64,000 nt of DNA, taken from positions 3,966,093-4,030,092 of the forward strand of contig MU058687.1 in the NCBI GenBank assembly GCA_013265495.1, written 5' to 3'. Below, one piece after another: positions 61,480-64,000 of this stretch. The stretch's first letter is position 1. Every line of letters begins with the position of its first letter. The notes under the pieces are model-generated. The model was given only the letters and a program-made list of their open reading frames with translations. It was not told the DNA's origin and made no database searches. The position numbers were made by a program, and so were the translations under genes. This DNA comes from Vicugna vicugna. Its lineage: Eukaryota.

Positions 61480-61790
61480 GCCCGAGGCTCGGATGGCTTT
61501 CAGTCTCCTTCCGCCGCCCCTCCCACGCTGCCCCACCCCGACCAGGCCCTGGGCGCATGTCGCACAGCGCACTCCGGGAGTGGGGAGTGACATGACACGA
61601 TGTCTGTGGCAAAGGGGAGAACGTGTGCTGAGCCTGGGAGGTGCCGATTGGCTGGCAGTGAGGTAATGCGATGCAGTCTAAATGTGGAAGCAGCAGTCCC
61701 AGCGCCGAGGGCGTGCCTCCCCGGCAGGCTGAGAGGCCTGCCAGCCGTCTGAAGGACACGGTCTCCGAGGGGTTCTGCCAGACCTCGGGT
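61480..61790 (-). promoter_or_regulatory. Weak CpG-rich promoter-like patch
   Basis: Local CpG enrichment, GC box CCGCCC (61514), NRF1-like GCGCATGT (61553), minus-strand CCAAT (ATTGG 61647-61651), and a downstream minus-strand donor TGG|GTGAGC at 61272/61271. Confidence 0.4.
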
Positions 61791-62424
61791 GCCTGGCTGG
61801 GGCACAGAGCAGGGTCTGTGTAGTGGAGACCAGATGGCAGGACCTGCGATGCCGTTACTGTTCCCTGCCCCTCGACCCACCGCAGTTCTGATCTCTGCTC
61901 TTAAATGGAGATGTGGCAGTGTAGCAGGCAAAGGTGTGTACAGATGAGGGGCCCGGCCTCAGGGCTGCCTGCACAGGTAGTGATGGGCAGCAGTCAGTGG
62001 TACTGCTGGAGACCTGGACGATTTCCAGGGCAACCAACGGTTTAACTCATTTGATGATGTGGCCTCCCTGGGGTCCTTCCCTAAGTGCAATTCTAGGTTC
62101 ATGACTGGGCCAGGGGTCTACACCCAATCTCCCCATTCCAGCCCCCCCCCCAATATTTAATGTCAGTGGCAGATGTAGCCATGAAGGATTGAGAAAGTCA
62201 AGAGGACACTGTGGGCTGTGCTTTCTTTCTCTTTTCTCCTCTTCAAGAATGGAGCTGGCCTCTCTGGAAAAGTCTTCTGAGGCTTAGCAGCTTCCAGAGA
62301 TCATAGCTGCTACGCAACAAATACTGCAGCTCAGATAAATAAGTAGTAACCAAGTGTCTACTGTCAACTAGTGTCAGGTGTCATGGAAGTCACAGGGACG
62401 TGGGACTTGCCCTTGAGGAGGTCA

Positions 62425-62830
62425 TTTAATCATTTATTCAACAAGTATTCTGGACCATTTGCTATGGGCCTAACACTGTTGTAAGTCTTTAGGCTATCTT
62501 GGTGAACAAAGCAAAGCCCTTGGTCCCTTGAAATGTTAGTGACACAGACAAATAAGGGAGCTGACATGAAAGTGAGGGAGGATAAGGAGCTGGAAGGTGA
62601 CTAGAGGTTGAGGCTACTTGGATTTGGAGGTCGGGGGCGACCTCTGTGAAGAGGTGACATTTAAGCCAAGGGCTCAGTGAAGCAAACGAGATGGAGAAGT
62701 TCTAGGGGCAGATTGTTCCAAGCAGAGTAAACTAACTGCAAGACCAAAACCAAGTCAGGACCAGCTTGGAGGCTCTAGGAACAGAAAGAAGAAGAGCAAC
62801 TGAGAGGGAAAGTGGTGTGTGATAAGGATA
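62425..62830 (-). mobile_element. L2 LINE 3' fragment
   Basis: tcatttattcaacaagtatt...ggtgaacaaagcaaagccc...ctctgtgaagaggtgacatttaagc...ttgttccaagcagag. Confidence 0.75.
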
Positions 62831-63539
62831 GCAAAAGGGCTGCAGCCACAGAAGGCAGTTAGAACGTCAAGCTTTGGGCAGGTCGTAGAGATGAATATCC
62901 CAGGATAAAGGTTCTAGCCGTTGATGACAACTCCTGCTCTGTCACCCAAGGAGAAGCAGAACTTGTTAATGGGCTACTACAGTCCTGTGTGTTCACAGCG
63001 AGGTCACTGCCCCTCCCCCAGGCGCGCAGTAATTCTGCTGTGCTGTGACACTGAATGACAGTGCTTTGTAGGCAGGTGGACTGAGAGAGCAGCTGGAGCA
63101 AACTCTCCTTGAAGGGGTCATCCTCAGTTATATACCATTTAGCCCACAGCCTTTCTTTCCTCCAACATAATACTGACTGCATATTATTGGGTTCTGAGTT
63201 TGACCCAGACCCTATGCTTAGCCTGGGTGCACATCATCTAGTTTAATCCTTGTAAAAGCCATGAGAGGTGGGTGGCATAATCACATTTGATAAATGAGGA
63301 AACAGGCTCCGAGAGATAAGATAACACTCCCACAATGGGTCATCTAGGAAGAGATAGAAACTCACAGAAGATAGAAGATAGCTTCATAGAAGACAGCATC
63401 AAACTCGTAAGGTAGGGACTTTTGGTAATCTCAGGTGAGGATAAACAGCTCAGGATACACCTCCTAGGGCAGCAGTAGGGGTGGGGTGAGAAGGAGAGAG
63501 AAACATTGAGAGATAGGCCACGTATCATAATATCATGGA

Positions 63540-63752
63540 CTAAACCAAGAGGAATTTTGCACCCCAAGTGTACGATTGGCAATGTCTGGGGGCATTTTTC
63601 CTTGTCATGCTGGGAGATGAATAGGGAGTGCTACTGACATCTAGTGGGTAGAGACCAGAGATGCTGCTAAACATTCCATGTTGCACAGGACGGCCCCACA
63701 ACAAAGAGTTATTGGCCCCAAATATCAACAGTGCTGAGGCTGAGAATCCCTG
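63540..63752. mobile_element. MER20 hAT-Charlie relic
   Basis: ttggcaatgtctgg...gctactgacatctagtgggtagagaccagagatgctgctaaacat...ggccccaaatatcaacagtgctgaggctgagaatccctg. Confidence 0.9.
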
Positions 63753-64000
63753 GGGAAAGCTTTATAGTGCAAATTGCTCTTTGCTTCCCTCCTCTTACTT
63801 ATATCTCTGCCGTGGGGGTTACTGACACACTGTATCTCCAGATTCTGAATTAAAATCAAAATGGCTTTTTATGATTCCATTGGGATGGTATTTTTTCCCC
63901 AGCTCTTTTTGCTGTTCAAACTGTTAGTAAAGGGTAGTGAATAGCCAGATCTCAGGGAGAGTGGGCCCTGGTGTGGTCCTGCATCGTGCCTGTGGCTGAA

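Noticed and set aside
62880..63010. Plus-frame peptide IKVLAVDDN resembling a bacterial response-regulator start
   Set aside because: The match is only ~9 residues, with no start codon or remainder of the domain; surrounding DNA is mammalian repeat-rich.

Overview
Mammalian, mostly non-coding genomic DNA, probably camelid (alpaca/camel), based on a tRNA-derived vic-1-type SINE at 38.6-38.7 kb. I cannot confidently recognise any protein-coding gene. The only ORF with recognisable homology is a LINE-1 ORF2 C-terminal fragment (56.0-56.45 kb). Mobile elements include the CpG-rich 5' UTR of a probably full-length L1 at the left edge (minus strand), two ERV1-type solo LTRs, a twin-primed 5'-inverted L1, and many old MIR/L2/L1M/MLT1/LTR16/hAT relics. 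Repeat families were assigned from memory of consensus sequences, and old-repeat boundaries are approximate. There is a ~1.1-kb CpG island with promoter motifs (28.9-30.0 kb), a weaker CpG-rich promoter-like patch (61.5-61.8 kb) and several repeat-free blocks rich in homeodomain/SOX/POU motifs that look like a developmental enhancer landscape. The notable unexplained structures are a ~165-bp diverged inverted repeat (5064-5233 / 5715-5876), a near-perfect 288-bp tandem duplication (39894-40469, possibly an assembly artefact) and a speculative set of phase-compatible minus-strand exons from 61.3 to 47.4 kb. I found no convincing novel multi-gene system.
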